This document shows positions 10,571 through 24,030 of a stretch of 64,000 nucleotides of DNA, piece by piece (the stretch's first letter is position 1; each line of letters starts with the position of its first letter). Position numbers and translations under genes: made by a program. The notes under the pieces are model-generated. The model had not been told where the DNA came from and did no database searches. It saw only the letters and a list, made by a program, of their open reading frames with translations. The DNA is from Selaginella moellendorffii (Eukaryota; Plantae; Lycopodiophyta): the NCBI RefSeq assembly GCF_000143415.4, contig NW_003314340.1, positions 124,001-188,000 of the forward strand. Reading direction: 5' to 3'.

Positions 10571-13500
10571 TGTGAGGGCCAAATATATAATTACAATGCC
10601 GTATACTAATATTAATGTAGTGGGATTTTGGTAGCCGTCAAATTGGTTTCAATCCAGACCACTTACTCTTTTATATAAGCTAGGGTTTTTAGGCTAATTG
10701 ATATACATATTTTCTGTATTCCCTTTCTATATTCTAAGCATTCACATTGGTGGAGGTGAGAGGCACCTTTTTATTGTCCTTGAGAAGTGTTTGAATTTGG
10801 GATTTTAATTTAAATCTAGCTTTTGTAGATTTAGTTTTTTCCATTTCCTTTCTTTTGTTCTTTCCTTTTAAGAGTTTTGTTTTGATCTAGCTTTTTATAT
10901 TGTTTAGATCTCCCTTTCCTTCTAGCTTTTTGTCATTTCTCTTCTTTTACTTTTTCCTTTTCATTCATCTTCATGGCAAATCAGCAATCTCCTCCTTTGA
11001 CTCTAGAGTAGTAGTTACAATTGCTTGATGTTATGCACTTGCAATTGAACAATCAAACTCAGTTGATGGTGGCATTTATGGCATGTGGTCCAACTTCTCT
11101 TGCTCTTGGTGCCAATCCTCACGTTCAGCCAAAGTTCTTTCATGGGAATCCTAGGGATGATGTATACCATTGGTTCAATCACTTTATGGTGATTGCTTGA
11201 TATCATTCTTGGGATGATGCTCGATGTTTGCGTGAGTTTCCCATGTGTCTCCAAGGGACGGTGCTACAGCGGTACAATGGTTTGAATGCAGCCACTCATG
11301 GGGATTGGAATGTTCTCCTAGACATCTTCAAACACGCATTCGAACATGCTGATGATTGTGATGATGCCTTCCAGCAATTGCATCATCTTCGTCAAGGGCC
11401 ATATGAGTTGGTGATAGAATTTGGCGTTTGTTTCCAAAGCCTTTTACTTCGTACGGAGCCAAATATGTTGAAGCGGATCAAGCTAGGAATGTTGTGCCCA
11501 ACACTTCGTCAAGATCTTGTCAAACTTGTGCATGCACTTGCTCCAGCCACCCTTGACAATACTCTTCGCTTGGCACAACATTATGAGACATCACCTCTTC
11601 CACTTCTCGTTGCACGTCCTTCCGCTCTACTTCATGTGGGTGATGGTCCTGTTCCAATGGAGGTTGATGCTGTTGCTGCTTGAGTCCAAGGACAAGGACG
11701 AGGACATGGTCATGGCCGTGACATTCGCTGTTGAGCATGTGATGAAGTTAGTCACATTTATTGGTGTTGTCGGCATTTTCCGGATTGGCAACCTCCATTT
11801 CCTAGATGGAGATCTTGGCATCAACAACATCCTATTGGTGCTGCTATAGTGGAAGGTCTGGACACTGAGATGCATACGGGAAATGAGGAATTGCACAAGT
11901 AACTAAGGGACCTTGCGCAAATAAGTCCGTGACCCCTCTATTTTTCTTTCAGGAATATCATCAAGGGGTTCATTTGGCACTAGTTCATACAATGTTTACT
12001 TTCCAAGCTCGTTTTTATAACAAAATATCTCATATTATTCTCTTTGTGTTTGTTAATATAGGTACAAGTTTATCTTCTATTACTTGATCTATTGCCATAC
12101 GTTACCATCTACACTTGCGTCATGTGGTAGAACCAATTTTCATTCTTTATGGTAATAGTTGTACACATGCATGTGCACGGGATGAGGCAGACCTAGTTGT
12201 GTATGTGGGTGACCTCAAGCTTGGGTTGCAGTCATTGCGGGTGGTGCCAAGTCAAGCTTTTCACCTTATCCTTGGTATGGATTGGTTATAGCATAATTAT
12301 GCTAAGTGTGACTTTGAGGCTTTTCCCCCTTGTCTCATATTTCCTTATGTTTCATCCATTCCTCTCACTTCCGTACTTCTTTGTCCCTTTACTTCTACCT
12401 CTGCTTCCATTATTTTTGTTCAACCACTATTTCCTCCTATGTTTCCGTTTTGTTCTGCTCTTCCCTTTTTCGATCCCTTTAACAATCTTTGTGTTATAGT
12501 GGTTGACCGGCTCATGAAGGAGTATTCTGATCTCTTTGAATTTGACCTCTCGTCTGGGGCCAAGATTGCCACACATCATCTGATTCCAACTGGGGATGCT
12601 CGTCCAATCAAGGTTTCTGTTCATCGTTGGTCACCCAAGGAGATCAAGATTTTATATGCAAACATCAAGGAGATGTTGAAGAAGGGTGTTATTTGGAAGT
12701 TGCGGAATCATTGGGCATGTGAACCTCATCTTGTGATAAAGCCTGATGGAAGTATTCATTTTTGCATCGACTATCGTCCGTTAAACGAAGTGACGATCCC
12801 GGATGTGTACCCTCTTCCTTACACTGTTGATCTCTTGGATTGTTTGGGGCAAAGCCATTACTTCACCAAACTCGATTTTGCTTCTTGCTTTTGTAAAGTT
12901 CTATTGGTGCTTGACCATATAAACTTTTATATGGTCATGATCCAATATTGGGTTTACCTTTGTGATTGTCATAAGTTACTAATGCTAGGTCGTGGGATTA
13001 GTATTTGACAAGCATTCTTTCACTTGTCCGAGCAAAGTCTGCCAAACACTTAGATTGCGTACAAGTGGGACAACAACGACACTATAACTCCTATCATTGT
13101 CCACCTATGAAGTACAAAGTGGATGACTTGGTGTTAGTCTTTTTTCCCCATCTTACGGTATATGGTTTATCTAAGGGGCTCCTTGCTCAGTGGAAAGGAC
13201 CATATTGGGTGTTACAGCAAGTTGGACCACAAGTTTATGAGGTTTGGCATGATGTTCAGCAGGCCGATCCTTTAGAGATTGTGCATGTGTAGCAATTGAA
13301 ACATTTTATACCAAGGGATCATGAGCAGTTAATACCACATACAAATCCACCGATGCCTCCTTCTGATGTTCCTCCTGATCTTGGCCCATCTACAAAAGAA
13401 CCCTAATGGTCTTCCATTATTCCATTATTCCATTATTCCGACTCCTTCGGTTTTGGCATATCCTGACTACACTTAACCTTTTATTTTGCATGTGGATGCT

Positions 13501-15544
13501 TCTGATATTAGTTTTGGAGGTGTGTTAATGCAAGAGAGCCCGAGTGTGCCTGGTCAGAACCATCCTATTGCATATATAAGCTATACATTACAACCAGCAA
13601 AGGTGAATTATTCTATGATAGAGAAGGAGTGTTTAGTAGTAGTCTAGGCTTTCAAGAAATTTCATGCATATCTCAATGGTTCCTAGATGTTACTTAAAGG
13701 TGATCATATTGCTGTTACTTCATTATTAAAGCGAAAGAACTTGGTTAGTCATACTGCTTGGTGGGTTTTAAAGCTTCAAATATATGATTTTGATGTTGTT
13801 CATTGCCCAAGGAATTCTATGGCTGATGCTAATGCCCTTTTTTAAGCTCCTCTTCCTTCTCCACTCTTTTCTCATATTTTTGATGAGTATATTGTTCCAG
13901 CATCTGTGGATTTTTTAGATGAGGATTCTGTGCTGTCAGTGGTTGTTGTACTTGATGTTTAGTGTTCATAAGGCGCAGAGCAAGATCTACCTTCTCTTAA
14001 TGAGGTTCGTGAGGCTCAAAAGATTGAGCCGTGGATTCGAAGGCTTCGAGATGAGTTTGAGAATCCTGTATCACTTGCTGATAACTTGCCATTCTAGAAT
14101 TTATATTCTCAATATCACCTTGAGGATGGCCTTCTTTATTTTGTGGGGATGGATCCTGATGATTCTTTATGGTTGGTGGTGCGTTCTATCTTATTCCACA
14201 TGTTCTCCATGCCTACCATGATTCTCCTATTCTAGGTGGCATATGGGACATTGACGTGTCACCGAGAAGCTACACAGGTCTTTCTATGACATGGTGTTAT
14301 CTGGTATATGTGTAACTGCATTTGGTGCCAAGCCCGTAATACTTTCCCTCGTGCCTCGGAAAGACGGTTGGAGTCAATTGTAATTTCCCGTCCATTTGAG
14401 TTGGTGGCATTTGATCTTATGGGACCTTTTCCACGATCGACTGCTGGCAATGAGTATATTATTATTGCTTTTGATTACCTAATTCATTGAGTGGAAGTTG
14501 GTGCTCTTGCTAAGGCCTCTGCAATTGCTGTTGAATATTTCCTCCTCAATCAAGTAGTGTTCTAGCATTCTTGTCCAAAGTGGATTCTTTCGGATAATGG
14601 TCCCACATTTATGGTTGAGGCATTTCATGTTTTGTTGTCTTGGTTGGGGATACGCCACACTTTCATGAGTGTTTATCATCCACAATCAGATGGTTTGGTG
14701 GAATTACTTGTTCAAACATTCAAAGGAATGATCACAAAGTACGTGAACTTTCAGCATTTAGATTAGGATAGCTATTTGTTATCTCTTCAGTATGCATATG
14801 TCACAGGGGTGCAGAGTTCTATTGGTGCTTCACCATATAAACTTTTATATGGTCATGATCCAATATTACTAATGGAGTTAGGTTTATCTTCGCGATTGCC
14901 ACAAGCTACTAATGCTAGGTCGTGGGATTAGTATTTGATGAGCATTCTTTCACTTGTCCGAGCAAAGTTTGCCAAACATTTAGATTGCGTACAAGTGGGA
15001 CAACAACAGCACTATAACTCCTATCATTGTCCACCTATAGAGTACAAAGTGGATGACTTGGTGTTAGTCTTTTTTCCCCATCTTACGGTATATGGTTTAT
15101 CTAAGGGGCTCCTTGCTCAGTGGAAAGGACCATATTGGGTGTTACAGCAAGTTGGACCACAAGTTTATGAGGTTTGGCATGATGTTCAACAGGCCGATCC
15201 TTTAGAGATTGTGCATGTGCAGCAGTTGAAACACTTTATACTAAGGGATCATGAGTAGTTAATATCACATACAAATCCAACGATGCCTCCTTCTGATGTT
15301 CCTCCTAATCTCAACCCATCTACAAGAGAACCCTAATGGTCTTCCATTATTCCGAGAGGAGGGGATGATGTGAGGGCTAAGTGTACGCCTACGATGCCAT
15401 ATACTAATATTAGCATAATGAGATTTTGGTAGCCGTCGGATTGGTTTCAATCTGAACCACTCACTCCTGTATATAAGTTAGGGTTTTTGGGCTAATTGAT
15501 ATGCACATTTTCTGTATTCCCTTTCCATATTCCAAGCACTCACA
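10571..15544 (+). mobile_element. Degenerate Ty3/gypsy LTR retrotransposon with short (176-bp) LTRs
   Basis: Diverged LTRs TGTGAGGG..CACA at 10571-10746 and 15369-15544. Non-Met PBS TTGGTGGAGGTG at 10747 and PPT GAGAGGAGGGGATGA at 15354-15368. Remnants: gag (GPVPMEVDA), RT N-terminus (HFCIDYRPLN..YPLP..FTKLD), RNase H (LHVDASD, ~13490) and integrase (VAFDLMGPFP, WKGPY), with many stops. Flanks gtat/atat could be a mutated 4-bp TSD. Confidence 0.9.
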
Positions 15545-16382
15545 ATATTTGAATATACCATTTTGGTTTGCAATTATAGATGGAAGTGTTTTAGAATATT
15601 CTAAATATATTATCTTTTAAACCACCAATTTTGGAAGAAACATTACAACATTTTCACTAGTGAGCAATAAGTAGCATCCTTGACAATTCAACAAGTTAAG
15701 TTAATCATCTATTGTGGTGCATAATGTAATTAGGAGATAGGAGAGATTGATTTCTTTCATATATGTTTTAGTGCTTTAGATTGTGATCTCTCAATCCATA
15801 TTTCTCTTGTGCTTAAGTGTGGCTTTTATACAAGAGTGATAGAATATTTTAGGATTATAATATTTTTAAAGATTTTTCATCTCATTTCTTTAGTAAAACA
15901 TTAGAATTAGAGAGTTGTTATGATAAGTGAGGATAGTGGGATGATAGAGTTTGTGTGTGGGGATACTAGTGTGTTTATGTTATTATATATGTACTTCCAT
16001 GCATTTATGCTTTTGTAGTTTTTTTTTTATAGTCATAGAATATTCTAGAATCATATTATTCCTAGTATTTAGGCATCTTATTTCTTTTATAAATCATTAG
16101 AATTAGGGATTTGGATATGATAAATGAAAATATAGTGGGATGGTATAGTTTGTGTATAATAAAATAATATAGCTTTAGAAAAGATAGGTTATTATAAGTT
16201 TTGCCTTTTCTAAGGGACTCAATCTTATAAAAATATTCATGACAACTATGAGATAACTAAGCAAAAGTTTGGTATAATTGATTTTAATAGTGGAAGTTAA
16301 CTTCTTGAAATTTTTAGTTGGGTTAAATATATCCCTTAAGGAATAAATTGCTTATATTACAATATAGGAATCAATGTAAAAA

Positions 16383-16482
16383 NNNNNNNNNNNNNNNNNN
16401 NNNNNNNNNNNNNNNNNNNNNNNNNNNNNNNNNNNNNNNNNNNNNNNNNNNNNNNNNNNNNNNNNNNNNNNNNNNNNNNNNN
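16383..16482. other. Assembly gap (100 N)
   Basis: Run of N. Confidence 1.
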
Positions 16483-16955
16483 AAGTCCAAATCCAGGAGC
16501 TTACATTTGGTATCAGAGCGGTCTCGGGTTCGATTCCGTTGGTTGGCTAAGGGGAATTCCACCACACTTCCCTGCAAGTTCACGCCCTCGTGAACGAAAG
16601 TTGAGAGCCGCAGCTCTCCTGAGAGCCCTGCTCTCTTGACACCCTACCCCTCGGGTCGAGCCCAGCGGGAGCAAACTAGACCTCCCAGATGTCAATCAAC
16701 ATGTGGTGTGATTCCCTTAGCCAACCAACAGAGTCGGACCTGAGACCGCTCTGATACCAAATGTAAGCTCATGAGTTTGGACTTCCCGGGAGGTCACCCA
16801 GCCCAGTACTACTCAAACCCAAGGACACTTAACCCCAAATATCCCAAGACCCTTAACCGATTGGAAAAGGGGGTGCACTTTTGTTCATGGGCCCTTTCCC
16901 TCTATATTTGAACCCCATGGACCGTCTCTCAAGTCGTTCTCTTTGGTTGCTTACA
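16483..16955 (-). mobile_element. Cassandra-like TRIM: 194-bp LTR with a 5S rRNA-derived segment plus PBS, facing a second inverted LTR-end/PBS
   Basis: LTR 16762-16955 is bounded by TGTAAGC..GCTTACA. Minus strand 16834-16779 reads GGTTAAGTGTCCTTGGGTTTGAGTAGTACTGGGCTGGGTGACCTCCCGGGAAGTCC, like the 5S A-box/IE/C-box region. iMet PBS TGGTATCAGAGC occurs at 16748-16759 (-) and 16508-16519 (+). Confidence 0.8.
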
Positions 16956-16959
16956 AAAC

Positions 16960-19900
16960 CTCCTTGAGATCTAGCATTGGAGAGGAAACATGTGGATCCC
17001 TTGTATGCAATATTGAATCACCTCTATCAACCACTGGCCTCAATCCTGACCACTGGATCAAAAATTCTTCTTTTCTCGATCATCCTTAAAATGAGACACT
17101 ATGCATGGTCTTCCAAAAAGAATCCAGAAAACTGGGAAATTTTTCAAGTCTCAGCTACTCCAAGTCACCTCTAAAGTGACATTTAACTCCACCAATCTTT
17201 GATCGCTACTATCTCCATTATACATCAAGGCAAGCAAGATCACATAGATCTTAGCAAAAACCTCCATTTCTAGAGCCTTTGCAACTATTTGCCCATTATT
17301 GAGATATCTTAAGAGCCTCCTAGGACTGTAGCAACCAGCCACTACCAACCTTAAAGTAGGGGAACCCAAACCCTAGCTACTACCCAAAAATCCTAATTCC
17401 AGAGTGTGAACTAGATCTCCTAGATCTTAAATCTGAATGAAGTGCCACTACTAGGAGTGTTTCTCACCACTCCCTAGATGCTAGCCGTGAAGGCGAATCA
17501 AGAAAAAGAGCAAAAACCAAGCTATAGGAGTGAAAAGAGGAGAAATAAAGACCATCCTTTACTATAACTGTTTAGGTTCGATAAATGTATATATACATTA
17601 CCCCATATCTCAAAAGGACTAAAACAACATTAAGATTGCACTCTCAAAAAAACTAACGAAATTGTGAACACAAACGCCCAACACTGCTCTTGGGTAACCC
17701 ACCTCCCAAGTTACTTCACTGCAAAACTTGAAGCCACTCATTGCACTCCATGACTTATGAGACTTGCCATAGAGAGCTCTACCAACAATGTGCTTCCAGT
17801 GCCAAAATAGTGTCCAATCGTGATAAAACTCCAACTCGTAACTTTATGTGAGGTGTGAATGTCCTCCAATTTAATACTAGAGTGTGCTACCTTTCCTCCC
17901 ACACAAAACAAGTGTACTAGCTCATCTTCAATTAAGTCTTAGCCTTAAAATAGGGACTAGAGAAAGGGCATGATGAACCTCCTCCTAAGGGAGCAAATTA
18001 CTCCAAAGCAAGCATTGGAGAAGGAATGTACAAATCCCCTATGCATATAACATTGAATTAACTCCATTTGTTGCTGGTCCTAATTGTGGCAACAAACCCT
18101 GCCACTAGATCCAAAAATCCTCCCTTCTCGATCATCCTCCAAATGAGACACTATGCATGGTTTTCCAAAGAGAATCTAGAAAACTAAGAACTTTTTTAAA
18201 TCCCAACTGCTCCAAGTCACCCCTAAGGTGACATCTAGCTCCACTAATCCTTGATTGCTTGTCAAACGGTTAGCCATTTGGGTTCGATAAATATGTATAT
18301 ACATTCCATATGTCCCAATGGGACTAATACAAAAACTAGGTGTGCTACGCTCTCAATGAGCTACTCTATGTGATCCTCTTGTGTTGCAACTGGATTTTGT
18401 ATCATAGTGCCTTGGCTATGTCGCTCAAATCAATAACTCCAAGTCCTCCCAAGACTCATGGACATGTTGTGGATTGCCATGTGACCTTGGCCATGATCCT
18501 CCCTATGACAAGTGCACCCCGCCACACATACTTACATACCATCATACGTACCTTTCTAAGAGTGCATTCAAGAATAGGCCAGATTGAGAGGTGGTACCAA
18601 ATGCTAGGTAGGATGATACTTCTAGCTACGACCACTCTTGCTGGCAAGCTGAGTTTTTGAGGAGCCCACTTCTGGATTGATGTTCGTATCCTCTAGAGCA
18701 AGGTGTCATCCTGAAGTGCTACACTAAACCGGGTACCAACTTGAATCCCCAGGTACCTAGTGTTTTCTCCTGGTTTGAGCCACTAGAAGCCAATGTCTTG
18801 GCCCCAAGACTCAATGCCTAGCTGCTGTCACTTTATGCCCACTGATTTGTTCCAGTTAATTGTTGTGCCAACTGCGAGATTGAAAGTCTCTAACGGCTTC
18901 TTAGCTGCATCTAGGTTCTCCTTAGTCATGAGTAGGAACATGGCCATGTCATCTACAAATGCTCCATCTAGGAGTTCCCGAGTCACCCTTGCCATTCCCA
19001 GAAGTTGTTGTCTCACAGCCAGTAGGGTGATGCCTTTGATGTGCCTGCCTTCCACTAGAAATGTGCCCAGAGCTTTAGCCACAATCAGAAAGAGATAGGG
19101 TGCTAGTAGACAACCTTGGCATACTAAGCGTCCCAGCTGAAAACTCAGTCTTGTCTCGCCATTTATTATGACTCTGCTTGTAGTTCTATAGTACAGTAAT
19201 GAGATCCTAGCAACCATCTCTCTTAGGATGCTAATCATACGCATGTACTCCTTTAGGAACCTTTGGTCCACATGATCATAGGCCTTCTCAAAGTCCAATA
19301 GCCATGCCGTAGTTTGTTTGTCGGAGATCTCTGCCCATCTCTGAGCTAACAAGTATGTCCAAATATTTTCAGCGATTTGTCACTCTGGAACAAAACCTAT
19401 TTGTTGTTCCCAATGGCATAACAAGTTAGAGCTTGAGAGTCATTGCTTTGGTATAAACCTTGTAAGACGTGTTGAGCATGGTGATCGGCCTCTAGTTCCT
19501 CAACTCCTGTAAATCCCCACTCTTTGGGATAAGTGCAATCTAGCCCTCAAGAATCTTGCAAGGCAAGGCCTCATCACACTGAGCATCCCATCATGCTTGC
19601 AGCAGCAACAAGCCTATAGTTTCCTAGTGCTCCTCAAAAAAAGTAGGCAAGAGGCCATCAATACCTGGCTGCTTGTCATTGTTGAGCTTCCTAAGTGCTT
19701 CCTAAAGCTCCTCTAGTGTGAAGTCTGTCCTTAGTGAGTTGTACCACTCGTGAGGGACATACTAAGGAAGGGACGCAAGCACTTCCTCTACCACAATTTC
19801 CCTTTCTGGAGTCTATTGCTAGGCCATGTATAGCGCTTAGTAGAATTCCTGAGCATGCTATTGCATCCCTTATTTATCTTCAACGACCTTCCTGTCACTA

Positions 19901-22080
19901 TGCTTCAATCCCAAAATGGGATGAGAGTCAGTCACCAACCTAATTCCTCTAAAGAAGGCCTTGTTGATAAAGTGCCCATCCATATTCTATGGCTTAGACA
20001 CCCTTGTGTAAGCCACAATTTTTTCCTTTCCACTTGGCCAGCTTACCTTGTCTATCCGACCAACACTGCCTCGGCTTATGTTAAGTTCCCTCGCCAAGGT
20101 TCCTGCCTATTGTACCAGCTCCTACTTGGTTTCAGCTACTCACTGCACGAGCAACAGAGCGTTAGCCATCCATCCACGGATTCCCAAATCTCTCCCAATC
20201 CCCCTCCTCGAGTTAGACTGAACTTAAGGTTCGGCTACACTCCCCACAGGCACAAGCAGCCAAGCACACCAAGCCTCCAAGTTCCTAACACCCCTTAGTA
20301 CAACAAAACTTGATCATGGAACCCTCTAAATCCCAAACCTTGGGTGCAGCACTTGCTTCGGGACATCGCGGCGAAACACCGTGGCCTAACGGCCCGGTAT
20401 GGGTACCTCTACCCCCACTTCCATTCCGAAGGGAAGGCCCAAGCCCCTAGGAAGGGTGAGGACCAATGAGATACAAGGTACTCACGTGGGGCACCACTCC
20501 ACATAAGTTGGGAGCACCGCAGTCGGTTTCCCTTTCGGGAGTGGGAGCTGCTCTTGAGCACTTCCCTGGGTGGCCCCTCCGGCACCACCTAAGCCCATAC
20601 TCACTCCCACCCAAGGCCCCTCGGCCCCAATCTCAACCTCAAGTCAGTTTGGAAGCACCATTGGAGAGTTCTTACAAGACTGGTTCCTAGACCTCACTAT
20701 CCCTACTATACTTTTGGAACCCCCTGCAGCCCCCCCCCCCCCTGGGAGACACACGCTTTGGGCTTTCACCCCTTGACCTATATTAGTATTTGGACTCGAT
20801 CTCGGACTCGATCTTGGACCCGACCTCGGACTTGGTCTCGGACTCGATCTTGGACTCGACCTCGGACTCGGTCTCGGACCCGATTTGGATCTCCGACTCT
20901 GTCTCAAACTCGGTCTCTGATTCAGCCTCGGGCTCGATCCCAGACTCTATCTCGAACTCAGTCTCAGAGTCGGTCTTGGACTTGATCTTCGACTCAGTCC
21001 CATCCGATGAACTCTTTGTCATTTCGGTCATGCTTTCAGGGATCCTTTAGCCTATAACATCTCGGGGAGTCGGTTCCTTACACCTTGCTCCATGTTGTAT
21101 ACTCCAGGTCACGTAGCTTGGCTTCTCATTCATCCAATATTGCTTGCCACTTGTTCTCATTTTGTGTGTTCAACAACATCTTGTGTGCCACTGCCACCTT
21201 CTAGCTGGCTAGTCTCATGTCCTTCATCATTGCTCCTTTGAGATCCTTCTGGTGCACCTGGAGCTTCTGGGAGCAAGATAGGAGCATTGGGATCAGTCCC
21301 AGCTTGTCCTACGTGAGGGTGGCTTGTATAAGCTTGATCGCCATCAAATCTCATAGTGTCACTCTCGTGATGGATCGTTGGACTGCTGTCCCTTTGTCCC
21401 TTTGGAGCTTGATCACATAATGGAGAGGGTTGTGATCTGAGAAGGAGGTGAAGCTGAGCCATGTATTGAGGCTTCCACCATCATGCCATATGCAAGTAAA
21501 GGCATACACCAAGTCTAGTCTCGCCTGAGAGGTCATTGTCTGCCACCTCATAAAAGGGTGAGCATGAGGTGCAAACCCCTCTGCATGTTGGAGGTCCATA
21601 ATCCCTAGTGCATCCATGAGCTGACTCCATTGCTCCCGCTCACATGGCTGAATTGTTTCCTACATTCCCCTATGATCACCAATGTCCTCAACCATATTGA
21701 ACTTTCCCAAGACCAACCATTCATCTGCTTGATCCTGACCATTTGGGTTTGAGTCCCAACCCACCCAAGTGGCTCCTGTGTTTTGGCAAAATGGTTGATG
21801 GCAAAATCTATTCACAATGGCACCCCTTGACTCTATTGTATGTTTGGTTTGAGGGGGAGACTTTGACATTGATATGGTCCGAAGAAGATAACCACGTCCA
21901 CTTCTACTTGAGGACTAGATCAAGTTGAGACATAAAAGTTTCATATAGTGTAGCCTGTTGAGAGGGCGGCATGCCTAGTTTTTGTATCAATCCCATTGGG
22001 ATATAAGGAATGTACATATATGTTCGAGTCTTAACCCCCTAGGGCATAGTGATTGTTTGAAATATGAGGACATTCATTTT
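16960..22080 (-). mobile_element. Decayed L1-type LINE ORF2 (APE endonuclease + RT) with additional LINE 3' fragments
   Basis: RT motifs LLDFEKAYD, QGCLLAPYLF and FVDD (18828..19352). APE motifs WLVLGKFNMVE, ARLDLVY and FSDHNPL (~21400-21720). 17050-17230 resembles 18100-18260. Boundaries are approximate. Confidence 0.8.
20007..21082 (-). mobile_element. Solo LTR of the chromovirus family, inserted in the LINE
   Basis: TGTAAGCCAC..CCTTACA, homologous to 27262-28415. 5-bp TSD CCTTG at 20002-20006 and 21083-21087. Confidence 0.95.
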
Positions 22081-23829
22081 TTAGTGGTCATGGACTCTCA
22101 GTAAAGAAGCTGGCTTGGGCACACTACCAAGTGGGGGATGCTTTAGAGTCATGATTCATGGTTAGTAAATTGGGTATAGAAGCTTAGCACATCTAACTTA
22201 AAAACTTTGGTGCAAAAGACACTAGAGTTGTGATGAATAAAATGGGGATACCCAATTTTAGTTGTTACAGAAGGGCTGACTTAGGTGCATTGCCAAGTGT
22301 GGGGGATGCCCCTAGGGTCATGGTAAAGTCGGGCAAACTTAGTACTTATTGATAAACTTGTTGAGATGTTTATGTGGGATCATGAGGTGATCCTATGGCT
22401 AATCAAGGATAAACTCCTTATTAGGTTAAGGAATAAAGTTCTTAATTCAAAATAATGATAAACTTGGTAATGATATAACTTGGTTATGGTAATTAAGTGA
22501 GAAAAACATTTAAAATGACAAGATTTATAACAATACAATGATATAAGGATGGACCCATAGAAGGGTGCAAGATTGAGTTATAGATAGTGTCTGTAGTGGA
22601 AAATGTTAGTAATACTTACTAAAGGTGAACACTCTCTTAACTTGGTAAAGTAAAACCTTTGTTATGGAACTAAAAGGATACCTTTAAAATAGAAATAATG
22701 ATCCTATGTTATTTGGTGTAACAATTAAAGGATAAAAGCAAAAAATTAGTGGTTAAAAATGGGTCTTAAAAATTATTGGAAGGAATCCAAATAATAAATT
22801 AGGCAAAGAACCAACATGTGGCAGATGCTAATAGATGTGGTGGAAAAAAAATAATCCCCATACAAACAGAAATAGCAATCCTAAGTTGCTTGGTGCAACA
22901 ATCAGTAGATAGGAACAAAATACTAATGGCCAATAATGAATTTTAGTAATTGTTGGAGGGAATCTAAATACTAAGTTAGGTGAGAAATCACTATATGATA
23001 GATGCTAATAAATTATGAGGAAAGTAATGAGATTTCAAAAGATGGAACTCCCAAGTGTTCTAATTTAGCAAAAAATGAAAGATTTAAGAGATGGAATGGT
23101 TAATGGTTAGATAATCCTAATTTAGTGCCTAGGTTGGCACAAGATAAAAGAAAGGATAATGGTGTCCCTAAGTAAAGAACTTTATAAGATAGGAAAATAA
23201 AGTTTGCACAATATATGCAATAAAAGATGTTGCTAAAAAATTGATATGAGAAGTCATTCCAAAAGGCAATAGTTATATTAATATGGTTCAAAACTATTCT
23301 AAAATGGGTAGTAAGATTGAGATAGAGGTGTCTCTAGTAGGTTTAGTAGAATCTAAACTAACAAAGTAAAAGAACTATCACAAGTGATCCAATGAGTCTC
23401 TTAATTGAAGAGTTCATGTTCCTTAGTGGGCATGATAAGCCTTTGATGTTAAACCATTGACGAATAGTGGTTTGGTGCAAAGATAAAAATGGTAATCCAT
23501 GATAGGGTTATTTTAGAAAATATGTTATTATTTGATGAGGATATCGAACTTTGGCTATAGGTGGTAGAGTTATAAAATACAAATTCCTAAGCCCCAAAGT
23601 GGAGCCGAAGGTGATTCAAGTGGCATTAGCTAAGGAAGAAGTCCAATGAGCATAACATGTTTGGATCAAAAACTCTAACTAGGAAAGGCAAGAGTAGGAG
23701 TGGAACTCCTTAAAAGGTGTTTGAGGAATGAGCATGAAGTGATTGGTAAGTGAGTCTGAAGAAAAGGACAAAAGAATAACTGATACATAGCAAGTGTTGT
23801 GATATATGAAAGTGTTAAAATTAGGAGTT

Positions 23830-24030
23830 CCAAGTGGAGTCCGAGACAGGGTTTAAGATGGAGCTTGAAATAGAGTCCAAGACTGAGACTGAGATTGAGA
23901 GCAAGTCCAAGACTGAGAACAAGTCCGAGACTAAAACTAAGACCAAAACCAAGACTGAGACTCGAGACTACTAAGACTAAGACCAAGACTAAGACTAATA
24001 TTGAGTTCAAAACCAAATCTAAGTGTGAAA
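23830..24030. repeat. Degenerate hexamer array (GACTRA/GACCAA-like) in AT-rich decayed TE DNA, possibly LINE ORF1 region
   Basis: gactgagactgagattgag...actaagactaagaccaagactaagact, located upstream of the minus-strand LINE ORF2. Confidence 0.55.

Noticed and set aside
16779-16834. 5S rRNA gene
   Set aside because: Only ~56 bp of the internal promoter region, embedded in an LTR next to a PBS.
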